A stretch of DNA of 64,000 bases from an uncultured Pseudomonadota bacterium (GTDB taxonomy: Bacteria; Oederibacteriota; Muellerivitia; Muellerivitales; Muellerivitaceae). Below are positions 46,020 to 55,366 of this stretch, in pieces; positions within the stretch are counted from its first letter, which is position 1; each line of letters begins with the position of its first letter. The position numbers and the translations under genes were made by a program. The notes below the pieces were generated by a model. That model saw nothing but the letters and a program-made list of their open reading frames with translations, ran no database searches and had not been told where the DNA came from. The stretch spans positions 992,001 through 1,056,000 of the forward strand of contig CAWIIP010000002.1 of NCBI GenBank assembly GCA_963836235.1. The letters are read 5' to 3'.

Positions 46020-46550
46020 AAAATCACTCCGGAGAAATTTTATTTTTTTCAGGCCCTTGCAGGTGTCTGAAATATTTTTTGGATATTAACATTTAATTTC
46101 TGAATGGCAAACAATTACTTCAGAAAAATTTTAAAATTTACTTTTCTGTCGCTTGAACCATAAGGCCAAGGATCAACCGTTGCCTTGAAAAAGTTTAACG
46201 AATCACCTTCCTGGTTAAGGACGGACAATTTTTATTCCTTCTGTTTAAAGTAAATTCTGCCGCGGCTTAAAACGATATCTCGAAGTGCTGCCATGGGATT
46301 TCAATTGTGATTTCTCTGAAAAACTGGATTGGACTTCTATCCGCGATCAAGAGTATCAATAAGTCCTATTGAGTCCGGCAGTGCCTTTGCGGAAGCCTCG
46401 TACCGATTTTTTGCCAGGAAAGTGTAAAGGATCCGTTTCAATTACGTCGTTTGGGTTAATTGAACCTTGGAGTTATCGAGTCCCCGCCCGTGAAATATTC
46501 GGCGCAATCATGAAGAAAGGAAATAAACTTGGCGGTGTTTTTAAAAAAGA

Positions 46551-46592
46551 TTGACTTTAAATAACCAAAATGTTATATAACTAAAAAGTTAT
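46551..46592 (+). promoter_or_regulatory. Promoter and tandem inverted-repeat operator of the ArsR-SRPBCC operon
   Basis: TTGACT-17 nt-TATATA overlapped by two adjacent ATAAC-N6-GTTAT palindromes (46561-46576 and 46577-46592). Confidence 0.7.
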
Positions 46593-46610
46593 AATAAGGA
46601 GCCGAAAACC

Positions 46611-46961
46611 ATGCCAACCGACCAATTGAGCGCCACCTTCCAGGCTTTGGCCGATCCCACCCGCCGGGCCATGATGGCCCGCTTGACCCGGGGGGAAGCC
46701 TCGGTTCAGGAACTGGCCAAGCCCTTCCAAATGAGCCAACCGGCCATTTCCAAGCACGTGAAGGTGCTGGAGAAAAGCGGGCTCATCGCGCGCCGGAGCC
46801 TGGCCCAGCGAAGGCTTTGCAAACTGCAAACCAAGCCCATCAAGGACGCGGTGGAATGGCTAGAACACCACCGCAAGCTTTGGGAAGACCGTTTGGATCA
46901 ATTGGAGGGCTACTTGGAAGAAATTCAAAAGAAGGGGAAAAAACAGGGCCGTTCACTTTAA
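46611..46961 (+). CDS. ArsR/SmtB family transcriptional regulator
   Basis: FQALADPTRR, SQPAISKHVKVLEKSGLI. Confidence 0.92.
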   Translation: MPTDQLSATFQALADPTRRAMMARLTRGEASVQELAKPFQMSQPAISKHVKVLEKSGLIARRSLAQRRLCKLQTKPIKDAVEWLEHHRKLWEDRLDQLEGYLEEIQKKGKKQGRSL

Positions 46962-46979
46962 CCGGATAAGGAGGAACTT

Positions 46980-47468
46980 ATGACAACCGAGATAGGAAAT
47001 TTCAGGGAAAAGGCCCATCCGAAGGACCTGGTGCTTCGCCGGACCCTCAAGGCGCCTCGCAAGCTGGTTTTTGAGGTCTTCACCCAAGCCAAGCACTTGG
47101 CCCAGTGGTGGGCTCCCAAGCCTTTCACCACGCCCAAATGCGAGGTGGACCTTCGGCCCGGTGGAAAATGGAATTACACCTTCCGTTCCCCGGAAGGCCA
47201 GGAACACGACTGCCAGGCTATCTACCGGGAGGTGGAAGCACCCCGCAAGCTGGTCATGGAAACCTCCGTGCCCAGCCCCGCCGGTAAGCCTTTTTTCGCG
47301 CTCCGCCAGACGATCACCCTGGAGGAAAAGGGGGATCAAACGGAGCTCGTGTTGGCCTTTAAGGTGTTGGAAGCCAATCCCGGTTCCGAACCTTTCCTAG
47401 CGGGGATGAAACAAGGAACTAATGGAACTTTGGATAATCTTGAGGAATATCTGGCCTCAAAAAACTAA
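46980..47468 (+). CDS. SRPBCC/AHSA1 domain protein
   Basis: APRKLVFEVFT...LAQWWAP...DLRPGG...LDNLEEYL; typical ArsR-SRPBCC pair. Confidence 0.9.
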   Translation: MTTEIGNFREKAHPKDLVLRRTLKAPRKLVFEVFTQAKHLAQWWAPKPFTTPKCEVDLRPGGKWNYTFRSPEGQEHDCQAIYREVEAPRKLVMETSVPSPAGKPFFALRQTITLEEKGDQTELVLAFKVLEANPGSEPFLAGMKQGTNGTLDNLEEYLASKN

Positions 47469-47502
47469 AAAAAAGCCGGAAAAGGCATAGCCCTTTTCCG
47501 GC
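47467..47502 (-). terminator. Intrinsic terminator between convergent genes
   Basis: GCCGGAAAAGG-CATAGC-CCTTTTCCGGC with an A8 run on the left (U-tract on the minus strand). Confidence 0.75.
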
Positions 47503-47516
47503 CTAACTTTTAAATT

Positions 47517-48077
47517 TTAGCGGCTATAGAGCGCCGTAATTTTCGATTCCGCCAGCTTGTTGGCGTTGATGTAAAAACCCACCATGGCGGCCGAGGCGTT
47601 GGCGTCCAGGTCCAGGGACTTCACCTTGAGAGCATAGACAGTGAAAATATAGTGGTGGGGCGCTCCCGGGGGTGGGCAAGGCCCGCCGTAGCCTGGCTTG
47701 CCGAAATCGGTGCGCGATTGCACCAACCCCGCGATGGCGGTGCTGTCCGCCGGAAAGCCCTTGGGCAGGCTGCGTACCTTGGCGGGGATATTGAACACCA
47801 CCCAATGCCACCATCCGCTTCCCGTAGGCGCGTCCGGATCGTAGCAGGTCAGGGCGTAACTTTGAGTCCCCTCCGGGCCTTTGGTCCATCTCAAGCCAGG
47901 CGAAAGGTTGCCCCCTTTGCATCCAAAACTATTGAATATCTGTTCGTCGGACATGGTGGCTCCCTCTTTGATGTCGGAGCTCTTCAGTTCAAAAGCCAAA
48001 GCGGCCTGGGCCATCAGCCCGAAAACCACCGCCACCCCAAGCATGATCACGCCAATTTTTGTAAATTTCCCTTTCAT
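47517..48077 (-). CDS. YbcL-like secreted PEBP protein
   Basis: Signal peptide; FGCKGGNLSPGLRW, YDPDAPTGSGWWHWVV, GYGGPCPP. Confidence 0.92.
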   Translation of the reverse strand: MKGKFTKIGVIMLGVAVVFGLMAQAALAFELKSSDIKEGATMSDEQIFNSFGCKGGNLSPGLRWTKGPEGTQSYALTCYDPDAPTGSGWWHWVVFNIPAKVRSLPKGFPADSTAIAGLVQSRTDFGKPGYGGPCPPPGAPHHYIFTVYALKVKSLDLDANASAAMVGFYINANKLAESKITALYSR

Positions 48078-48360
48078 ATCCGCCTCCCCTTTTTGAAGTG
48101 AATCTCATCCGCACCTGCCAAGGTTAATTTCACTTGCCGCCAAAAATCAACGGCTACCAAGCGAAAAAGAGAAAAACCTTCCTAGCCCGAAACATAGAGC
48201 TGAGCACACTTTTAATCCTCCAATAAAAAGCCCGAGCTTTTTCAGTCCTGACTTTTTTGGAGAGGCTAATTTATTAGGTGGAAGTATCGTTGAAATTGAT
48301 GTTCAACGTGGCTTTGGTGTTCGGCGTAGAATATCTGAGATTAACGAAAATATTTCCCGG

Positions 48361-49461
48361 TTAGTGGTACTCGTAAACGCATTCTTGGCCGACCTTGCCG
48401 AAATCCTGGTAGGCGAGATAGGGATTCCCAGCCGCATTGGTGGCAAGCGAGCCTTCTTCTCCGTCACCCACGACGAAACCCTCAGTTCCGAAGGTTACCC
48501 ATCCACCCGTGGTGTATTCCAAAACCAGGTCGGTATCGGTGTAAGCGGACTGAACCGCCAGGTAAGGGGTTCCCGCGCCAACGGCAATGGCGGTAAGGTT
48601 GGTGCCGGGCGGGGAGATGCCGGGCGTTCCTAGCACGGCCCAGGAGGCACCGTTGAATTTCTGCACCGTGGCCCCGATCCCGTTAAATTGATCCGTGTAG
48701 GAAAAATAGGGAGTGCCGTTGTAAACCACGAGATGGGTGTTATAGATAATTCCGGCCGAAAACCCTTCGCTTCCAACCAGCGACCAGATGCTCCCATTGA
48801 GTTTCATGACTGTGGCCATTTGGTTGTCGAAGTTATCGCAGAAGCCCACATAGGGGGTGCCGCTCCGGGCATCTAGGGCGGAATAGGCGATGCCGCTCGG
48901 CGAAAAATCGGGGTTTCCAACCGTCGCCCAGGCTCCGCCTGTGTAATCCATGACCATGGCCAGGCCACCAGCGTCCTGATATGCCACGTAGGGTGTCCCG
49001 TTATAACCCGAAAGCGAAGGGCCGTAGCCGGTGGTAAAATTTAGCGATGGCAGGCTTACCCAAGAGCTTCCATTGAATGTCATGACCGCGATGTTGGTGG
49101 CCGGGAGTCCTTCCTCGAAGGCCACATAAGGGATATTGTTGTAAACATAAAGCGAGGTGTAATAGGCACCCGCCACAAAATCCGCGCCGCCCACCGTCAC
49201 CCAGGCTGTGCCATTAAAGCTCAAAACCGACAGGCTTTCGTTATTGTTATAGTCCGAATAAGCCACGTAAGGAGTGCCGTTGTTGGAAATATAGATTTGG
49301 GAATAATCCGCCCGACCCGGTGAAAGATCAAGGTTCCCCACGGGCTTCCAGGAGGGGATGGGGGTCGGCGTTGGAGCCGGAGTAGTGGGTGCGGTAAAAG
49401 TCTTGACGCAGGCCCAGGGAAGGCAGGCGGCGATGCAAAGCATGCACAAAAATTTTTTCAT
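48361..49461 (-). CDS. Lipoprotein with beta-propeller-like repeats
   Basis: Lipobox LPWAC, PT linker, about 7 repeats of W..VG...S.G......GTPYVA(Y/F).D. Confidence 0.7.
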   Translation of the reverse strand: MKKFLCMLCIAACLPWACVKTFTAPTTPAPTPTPIPSWKPVGNLDLSPGRADYSQIYISNNGTPYVAYSDYNNNESLSVLSFNGTAWVTVGGADFVAGAYYTSLYVYNNIPYVAFEEGLPATNIAVMTFNGSSWVSLPSLNFTTGYGPSLSGYNGTPYVAYQDAGGLAMVMDYTGGAWATVGNPDFSPSGIAYSALDARSGTPYVGFCDNFDNQMATVMKLNGSIWSLVGSEGFSAGIIYNTHLVVYNGTPYFSYTDQFNGIGATVQKFNGASWAVLGTPGISPPGTNLTAIAVGAGTPYLAVQSAYTDTDLVLEYTTGGWVTFGTEGFVVGDGEEGSLATNAAGNPYLAYQDFGKVGQECVYEYH

Positions 49462-49700
49462 ACGAAGTCTCCTTGATCATAAACAACGGCGGGGCGAGCC
49501 GGATAATTCCTCTCCTCCCTGCATACCTAACGTGTAGATACGGTCTAACTTAATGCAATAAGCAAGCCTAAAGTTGGTGTTCCGTGAAACGCCGGAATTT
49601 CCGTCAATCTTCGATTTTCAAAAACCCGCTACCGAAAGTTAGCATGTCAAATATTTGATAAAACCAAGGACCAACCAAGCACCGAAAAGTCGTCCTGAAA

Positions 49701-50123
49701 TTATTGCAGAAAGCCCTGGTAGAGCATGAAATAGACGAGAACTCCCGTGACCGAAACATAGAGCCAGATAGGAAGGGTAATGCGGGCGATTTTCTTGTGA
49801 TTCACGAAGTCCCCCCGCCGGGCACGGAGAATGGTGATGATGGCCAAAACAGGCACCAGCGCGGCCAAGGGCGTGTGGGTCCAAAGGACGATGAAATAAA
49901 GAATACGGGAAAAACCCTGGCCCTGGTAATAAACGATACCCGCCAAGGCGTGGTGGACCAGGTAGGAAACCAGAAAGACGATGGAGACCAAAAAGGCCGA
50001 GCCCATGCAGGCCCGGTGGGCCTCCCGGTTGCCCCGGCGGATAAAGTAATACCCCGTCAAGAGAAGGACGGTACTCAAAGCGTTCAGGCAGGCGTTGATC
50101 ATCGGCAGGATATTCAGGTTCAC
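49701..50123 (-). CDS. DUF420 (CtaM-like) membrane protein
   Basis: LPMINACLNA, HRACM, HKKIARITLPIWLYVSVTGVLVY. Confidence 0.9.
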   Translation of the reverse strand: MNLNILPMINACLNALSTVLLLTGYYFIRRGNREAHRACMGSAFLVSIVFLVSYLVHHALAGIVYYQGQGFSRILYFIVLWTHTPLAALVPVLAIITILRARRGDFVNHKKIARITLPIWLYVSVTGVLVYFMLYQGFLQ

Positions 50124-50743
50124 GTGTGTGACCTCGAGCTCATGAGATATTTGACGTCCTGACCAAGCTTTTTCATGTCGTCGGGGTTTTCCCCGTCATA
50201 CATCCCCCGGATGTTGCTGTCGGCGTCCACCAGGAGAATTCGGGTCGAATGGATGAATTCGAACCCCGGCACCTGGTCCGGGTTGGGATAGGCAGTCAAT
50301 TGGAAACCCTTGCCGATCACCTGGTAGATGTCCGCCTTTTTTCCCGTCAGGAAAAACCATTGGTTGTCCTCAGCGTTGTACTCCTGGGCGTAACTTTTAA
50401 GGGCTTCCACCGTGTCCCGTTCCGGATCGACGGTAAAAGTGACTAGTTTGAAATCCCCGTTCCCGCGCCATTGCTTCTGGAGCAGGCTCATTTGGGTGCT
50501 AATCAGGGGGCAGGAACCGGCGCAATGGGCGAAGATAAAATCCACCGCCCAAACCTTGCCCTTCAGCTCAGCGCTGGAAAACATCCGCCCGCTGCGGTCC
50601 TGGAAGGCAAAGGCCGGCGCAGGCGCCAGGGGTTTGGAAAACTTGTCCGAAGGCCGGGAAGCGAAGACCCGGTAGCCCAAAAACAACAGTCCGCCTCCCG
50701 TGAGGAGGATCAGTAACCCTACCTTCCAATCGAAGTTTTTCAT
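50120..50743 (-). CDS. SCO1/SenC copper chaperone
   Basis: DFIFAHCAGSCP (CxxxC), TVDPERDT, IHSTRILLVD. Confidence 0.92.
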   Translation of the reverse strand: MKNFDWKVGLLILLTGGGLLFLGYRVFASRPSDKFSKPLAPAPAFAFQDRSGRMFSSAELKGKVWAVDFIFAHCAGSCPLISTQMSLLQKQWRGNGDFKLVTFTVDPERDTVEALKSYAQEYNAEDNQWFFLTGKKADIYQVIGKGFQLTAYPNPDQVPGFEFIHSTRILLVDADSNIRGMYDGENPDDMKKLGQDVKYLMSSRSHT

Positions 50744-51492
50744 TTGGATTTGCCTTCGTTTGTTTTTTCAACCACCCAAGAGGAAAGAAAATAAAAGAAG
50801 AAGCCCATGCCCACCAGCGCCAATAGGGAAAACGAAAGACTGGGGATATCTCCCAAATCCGTTCCCGGAAAGAGCCCCCGCCTCACCCCCGCCACCCCAT
50901 AGGTGAAGGGATTGACCTTCATGGAAGCTTTCATCCAGCCCGATCCGCCCCCGGCGAAAATCGCGCCCGAGGCCATCCACATGGGCAACAGCACCATGTT
51001 CATGATGGTATGAAAGCCAGGAATCGAATCTATTTTCCACGCCAGCCAGAAGCCAAAGGCGTTGAGGACGAAGGACAATAAGAAGAGCGAAAGCACCAGC
51101 CCGGCCAGGGGCAGCGGCTCAAATGTGGCGCCCACGCCGAGGGCCACGGGAAGAAGAATCAGGCCCTGCAGGGTGGAGAGCGTGGCACCGCCCAATATTT
51201 TACCCATCACGATGGCCGCCCGGCTAACCGGGGCCACCATGACCGACTGCAGGAACCCCGCGTGGCGGTCCTCGATGACGGAGGCGTTGGAAAAAATACA
51301 GGTAAAAAGGATGCTCATTACCAGGGTACCCGGCAAAAAATAAGCCCGGTAATTGGCCATGGGGATGCCCGACCCCAATACCGCCCAAAAAAGTAAGGCG
51401 GTTCCCACCGCCCCCACTACCCTGCTGGGCTGCCGGTAGAAGCGCACGATTTCCCTTTGCCACAAGGTATAAGCGGCCAGCCAGAAGTTCAT
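50740..51492 (-). CDS. ABC-2 type permease
   Basis: Six TM segments; EDRHAGFLQSVMVAPVSR; NPFTYGV. Confidence 0.88.
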   Translation of the reverse strand: MNFWLAAYTLWQREIVRFYRQPSRVVGAVGTALLFWAVLGSGIPMANYRAYFLPGTLVMSILFTCIFSNASVIEDRHAGFLQSVMVAPVSRAAIVMGKILGGATLSTLQGLILLPVALGVGATFEPLPLAGLVLSLFLLSFVLNAFGFWLAWKIDSIPGFHTIMNMVLLPMWMASGAIFAGGGSGWMKASMKVNPFTYGVAGVRRGLFPGTDLGDIPSLSFSLLALVGMGFFFYFLSSWVVEKTNEGKSK

Positions 51493-52418
51493 TCTTTTTC
51501 CTCCGAGAAGCGCCGCCCTGTTTTATGGATAAAGACGTCTTCCAAGGTGGGCAGTCCCAGCGTGAGTGAAAGAACCTGGTCGGAAAAAGCTTCCATGAGC
51601 GGCGGTACCAGCTGGTAGGCCCTGGGCTGTTCCACCTGGATAAGCCCGGCCACCAGGAGGGCCTTCACTTTCAATTTGTCGGAAAGGGCGGTCATTAAGG
51701 ATTCCGGATTCTTCGCCCGGATGCGCAGTACTTCCCCGCCGATTTCGGCTTTCAGTTCTTCCGGTTTTCCTAGCGCGACTTTCTTTCCCTGGTCGAGGAT
51801 TAGAAGCCGGTCGCATCGGTCGGCTTCTTCTAAATAGTGAGTGGTTACCAGGACCGTCATACCCTGGCTTTTTCGGAGGGTTTCGAGTTGGCCCCAAAAA
51901 TCCTTTCGGGCCGCAGGGTCTAGGCCCGTGGAAGGCTCGTCCAAGATCATCAGCTCGGGGTCGTTGAGCAGGGCCTTGGCCAATTCAACCCGCCGTTGCA
52001 ATCCCCCGGAAAGGGTTTTTACCCGGTCTTTCGAACGGTCCTTCAGGCCCAAGCGTTCCAGGTCCCGGTCGATGCGCCGATCCAGTTCCTTGCCTGAGAG
52101 CCCGTAAAGATGGCCTTGGTGCGCGAGGTTTTCCCTCACCTTCAGCATTTTGTCCAGGGCGGGTAGTTGGAAGACGATCCCCATCTTGCGGCGGATGGCG
52201 ATCAAATCCTTGGCCAAATCCATCCCGAACATCTTCACTTGGCCGGGTCGGCAGGCAAAGAGCGTGGAGAGGACTTTGAAAGTCGTAGTCTTTCCCCCGC
52301 CGTTGGGGCCGAGGAACCCAAAGATTTCACCCTTTCCCACAGTAAAGCTCAATCCGTCGAGCGCGGTTTTGGAACCGTATTGGTAAGTGAGATTGTCGAC
52401 TTCTAGGACATTTTCCAA
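51489..52418 (-). CDS. ABC transporter ATP-binding protein
   Basis: GPNGGGKTT, LSGG, ILDEP, TTHY, PTLEDVF. Confidence 0.93.
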   Translation of the reverse strand: MENVLEVDNLTYQYGSKTALDGLSFTVGKGEIFGFLGPNGGGKTTTFKVLSTLFACRPGQVKMFGMDLAKDLIAIRRKMGIVFQLPALDKMLKVRENLAHQGHLYGLSGKELDRRIDRDLERLGLKDRSKDRVKTLSGGLQRRVELAKALLNDPELMILDEPSTGLDPAARKDFWGQLETLRKSQGMTVLVTTHYLEEADRCDRLLILDQGKKVALGKPEELKAEIGGEVLRIRAKNPESLMTALSDKLKVKALLVAGLIQVEQPRAYQLVPPLMEAFSDQVLSLTLGLPTLEDVFIHKTGRRFSEEKE

Positions 52419-52447
52419 AGGAGGACTTTCTTTTTTAAACTCAAAAC

Positions 52448-53302
52448 TTATGATTTATCCAACACCATCACGATGAAGAGAATCGGCAAGTAAGTGATCG
52501 AGAACCAAAAAAGCCCCTTGGCGTAATGAAGGCTTTTGTGCCAGGCGAGCAATCCGCTGTAAAAAAGGAAAGCTAAACTTAACACAAGGGCTATCCAAAA
52601 ATAAACGGGCCCGGTCATATGAAGCGCGGCAGGCAGCAGGGATGCGGGCAGAAGGGCGGCTGAATAAAGCACCGCCATGAGCCCCGTGGAGCCGCCTTTC
52701 GGGTCGATGACCGCCAGCATAGGAAATCCGCCCCGGGCGTAATCCTCCCGGTAAATCCAGCCGATGGCGAGGAAATGGGGCATTTGCCAGAGAAAGAGAA
52801 TGGAAAAGAGAACCCACCCATCCGGGCCTACGTGGTTTTGGGCCGCGGCCCAACCCATCATGGGGGGGATGGCCCCGGGGATGGCCCCCACGACCGTGCA
52901 AAGGGAGGTGATTCGTTTCAAAGGGGTGTAGAGAACCAGGTAGCTGAAAAGGGCGGCGAGCCCCAGGAAGGCGGTCAGCTCGTTGACGGTGAAAAAAAGA
53001 ATGAGGACGCCCGTCACGGAGAGTCCCAGGCCGTACCAAAAAGCGTGGGAGCTTTTCACCCGGCCCGCGGGGATGGGTCTTTTGCGGGTGCGTGTCATTT
53101 TACGGTCCTGCTCGACCTCGAACCATTGGTTCAAGGTGCCGCATCCGGCGGCCACGGCGGTGGTTCCCAACAAGGAAAGCAGCATCAGACCCCAGTTGAA
53201 AGGACGAGCGCAGCCCATGTAAAAACCCGCCAGGGTGGTTAAGAGGGCAAGTGAATTGAGTCGGGGTTTAGTGAGGGTGATGTAATCCCGGAGATTTTTC
53301 AA
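52448..53302 (-). CDS. ctaB: Protoheme IX farnesyltransferase (heme o synthase)
   Basis: LTKPR, DRKMTRTRKRPIPAG, YTPLKR, GAIPPMMGWAA, WQMPHF. TTG start after GAGG. Confidence 0.95.
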   Translation of the reverse strand: MKNLRDYITLTKPRLNSLALLTTLAGFYMGCARPFNWGLMLLSLLGTTAVAAGCGTLNQWFEVEQDRKMTRTRKRPIPAGRVKSSHAFWYGLGLSVTGVLILFFTVNELTAFLGLAALFSYLVLYTPLKRITSLCTVVGAIPGAIPPMMGWAAAQNHVGPDGWVLFSILFLWQMPHFLAIGWIYREDYARGGFPMLAVIDPKGGSTGLMAVLYSAALLPASLLPAALHMTGPVYFWIALVLSLAFLFYSGLLAWHKSLHYAKGLFWFSITYLPILFIVMVLDKS

Positions 53303-53445
53303 GAACCAACCTCTTGGGCCGCAAATTCGCGCGAATAAGCGCAAATAGGTAAAGAACGGAAAAAAGAAGCAAAATTCTCTATCGTCTTCCTATTTTTCAA
53401 ATCCATCGGGCTTTTCCTTTTAGGTTCAACTGCGTAAATTTGCGG

Positions 53446-54375
53446 CTAAGTTTTTTTAAAAAGATGAAAACTGTTCAAGGTCAAAACCAGCATGGAAGCC
53501 AGCGTGGCGGCACCCACGATGACGTGCACCGAAGTGGGTACGATGGCCTTTTGAGTGACGATGATGGCTATTCCCAGGAAACATTGGAGCCAAACCAGAA
53601 ACCCCGCCGCCGCCGCGGGGATGAACAATCCCTTTTCCTCGGGAAAGTGTATGCAGACGCGGTAGGCCGTGTGGGCGACGAACAAAAGAACGGCGAAGGC
53701 GCCGATACGGGTGTGGCTGAATTGAAGGGCGACCCGGGCGGACCAATCGGGGGGCAAAATCTGCCCGAAGGAAAGGGGAAAGTCCGGAATGGCCAGGCCC
53801 GACCCGCTGTGCCGGGTGACGGCGCCGATAACGATTTGCAGATAGACCAGGGCAGTGGTCCATGCGGTCCAGGGCCGGATAGGAGAAGGCCGGTCGGTCA
53901 GGCGGTGGGGTTGTTCCTCTATCCAGCCCTTTGAAGTCACCAAAGCGAGGGTGACGATGAGACAAAAGAAAATCTGGGCCAGCCCCGCGTGGGCCACCGA
54001 AACCTGGGTCGGCAGGTGCAGAAGAACCGTGACCCCGCCCAAAACCGCCTGAAGAAGAATGGCGCCCATGGCGCCCCAAGCCAAGCGCTTAACCCAAGAA
54101 CGTTCCTCGACCTTTTGAACCGTGATTGCCAACCCCAGCATCAGACAGGACACGGTTCCGGCTACCAGCCGGTGCCCATGCTCGAAAAGGACCCCTCCGG
54201 TCATGTGGGGAAAAAGGGTGCCGAAGGAAAGCGGCCAGTCCGGGACCGCCAGGCTGGAGCCTGTGCTGGTCACCAACGCCCCTGCCAAAAGCAGGACGAA
54301 GGTACAGCCAGCCGTCACCAGGGCGAAACGGTGCAGGCCCGGATGGTAGGTGGCTTTCGGTTCGTTGGAATTCAT
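53446..54375 (-). CDS. ctaA: Heme a synthase (COX15/CtaA)
   Basis: LAVPDWPLSFG, EHGHRL, LQAVLGG, His-containing VAHAG, FSHTR and SVHV. Confidence 0.88.
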   Translation of the reverse strand: MNSNEPKATYHPGLHRFALVTAGCTFVLLLAGALVTSTGSSLAVPDWPLSFGTLFPHMTGGVLFEHGHRLVAGTVSCLMLGLAITVQKVEERSWVKRLAWGAMGAILLQAVLGGVTVLLHLPTQVSVAHAGLAQIFFCLIVTLALVTSKGWIEEQPHRLTDRPSPIRPWTAWTTALVYLQIVIGAVTRHSGSGLAIPDFPLSFGQILPPDWSARVALQFSHTRIGAFAVLLFVAHTAYRVCIHFPEEKGLFIPAAAAGFLVWLQCFLGIAIIVTQKAIVPTSVHVIVGAATLASMLVLTLNSFHLFKKT

Positions 54376-54384
54376 TTCGGCCTC

Positions 54385-54418
54385 AAAAAATAAAGGCCCC
54401 GGGAAGGGTCCCGGGGCC
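54385..54418 (-). terminator. Terminator-like hairpin between the bc-complex genes and ctaA
   Basis: Minus strand GGCCCCGGGA-CCCT-TCCCGGGGCC followed by TTTATTTTTT. Confidence 0.65.
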
Positions 54419-54448
54419 AGGATGAATCAAGCTGTTGTGATTCGAAAC

Positions 54449-55237
54449 TTACTGGGCGGTGAAGGTGAAATTAACGCTTTGGGCTTCCCCGTCCTTGATC
54501 GTCACTTGTTGCGGCTGGGACTCCCCGTATTTCTCATGGACCGCCACCAGGCTGTAGGTACCCGCAGGCAATTGGGAAATCTTAAAAGTCCCGTCCGTGC
54601 CCGAAATGCTATAGAAGGGATTGGTGACCACACCAGCCACGCAATGCATCCAGCCGTGGACGTCGCATTTGAACTTCACCAAAACCTCAGGTTTCGTGAA
54701 TTTCTTCTCGGAGATCATGTTTTGGGTGGGCTGGCCCACGTTGAAGGGATCATTGACGACAGCCATGCAATGCACATTGTGCAGGGTGGGATCGCCGTTC
54801 ATGATGTCCAGGGGCTGGTTCACTTGGATGCCGAAGATATGCGGGCTATACATACAGCCCTTTTGGAGAAGGGTAACCGGCGTGGTGGGAGCCGAATAGC
54901 TTCCGGCGCCATCCTTGACGTAAACGAACACGTTGGCCAAGTCACCCTTATCGTCGGCGATGACCGTTTCATCTTTGCCCGAAGTGGCGTGCTGGGATTT
55001 GCAAACCGGGTCGGCATCGTAAGAAATGATGGCCGCGTTGGGGGCTTTACCGCTCAAGGTTACTTTTCCCGAAATGCTGGCGGTTCCCATGGCTCCAGCC
55101 GAAGCCGAAGAAGCTGCGCCCGATCCTCCGCCGCTGGCCGCCTTACCGAAATCATCGCTGTCGTCGCTGTTACCGCACCCGGCCAGGGTCAACAAACCTG
55201 CCATCGTCAAGAAGGCCAAGACTTTTCTTAAATCCAT
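54449..55237 (-). CDS. Lipoprotein with cupredoxin-like and carboxypeptidase-regulatory-like domains
   Basis: Lipobox LAGC; QKGCMYSPH, NGDPTLHNVH, KCDVHGWM, LPAGTYSLVAVHE. Confidence 0.8.
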   Translation of the reverse strand: MDLRKVLAFLTMAGLLTLAGCGNSDDSDDFGKAASGGGSGAASSASAGAMGTASISGKVTLSGKAPNAAIISYDADPVCKSQHATSGKDETVIADDKGDLANVFVYVKDGAGSYSAPTTPVTLLQKGCMYSPHIFGIQVNQPLDIMNGDPTLHNVHCMAVVNDPFNVGQPTQNMISEKKFTKPEVLVKFKCDVHGWMHCVAGVVTNPFYSISGTDGTFKISQLPAGTYSLVAVHEKYGESQPQQVTIKDGEAQSVNFTFTAQ

Positions 55238-55366
55238 CGCGCTACTCCTTCGCTTTTTAAAGTGGTTTTAATGAAGGTCGCCCTTTCGGGTTTCCTCAGG
55301 TGTCGCGTTCTTCAACCGGGCTATTACCTTATTCGGGTCTGAACCCCGAAATCAAGGCCGCAAAAA

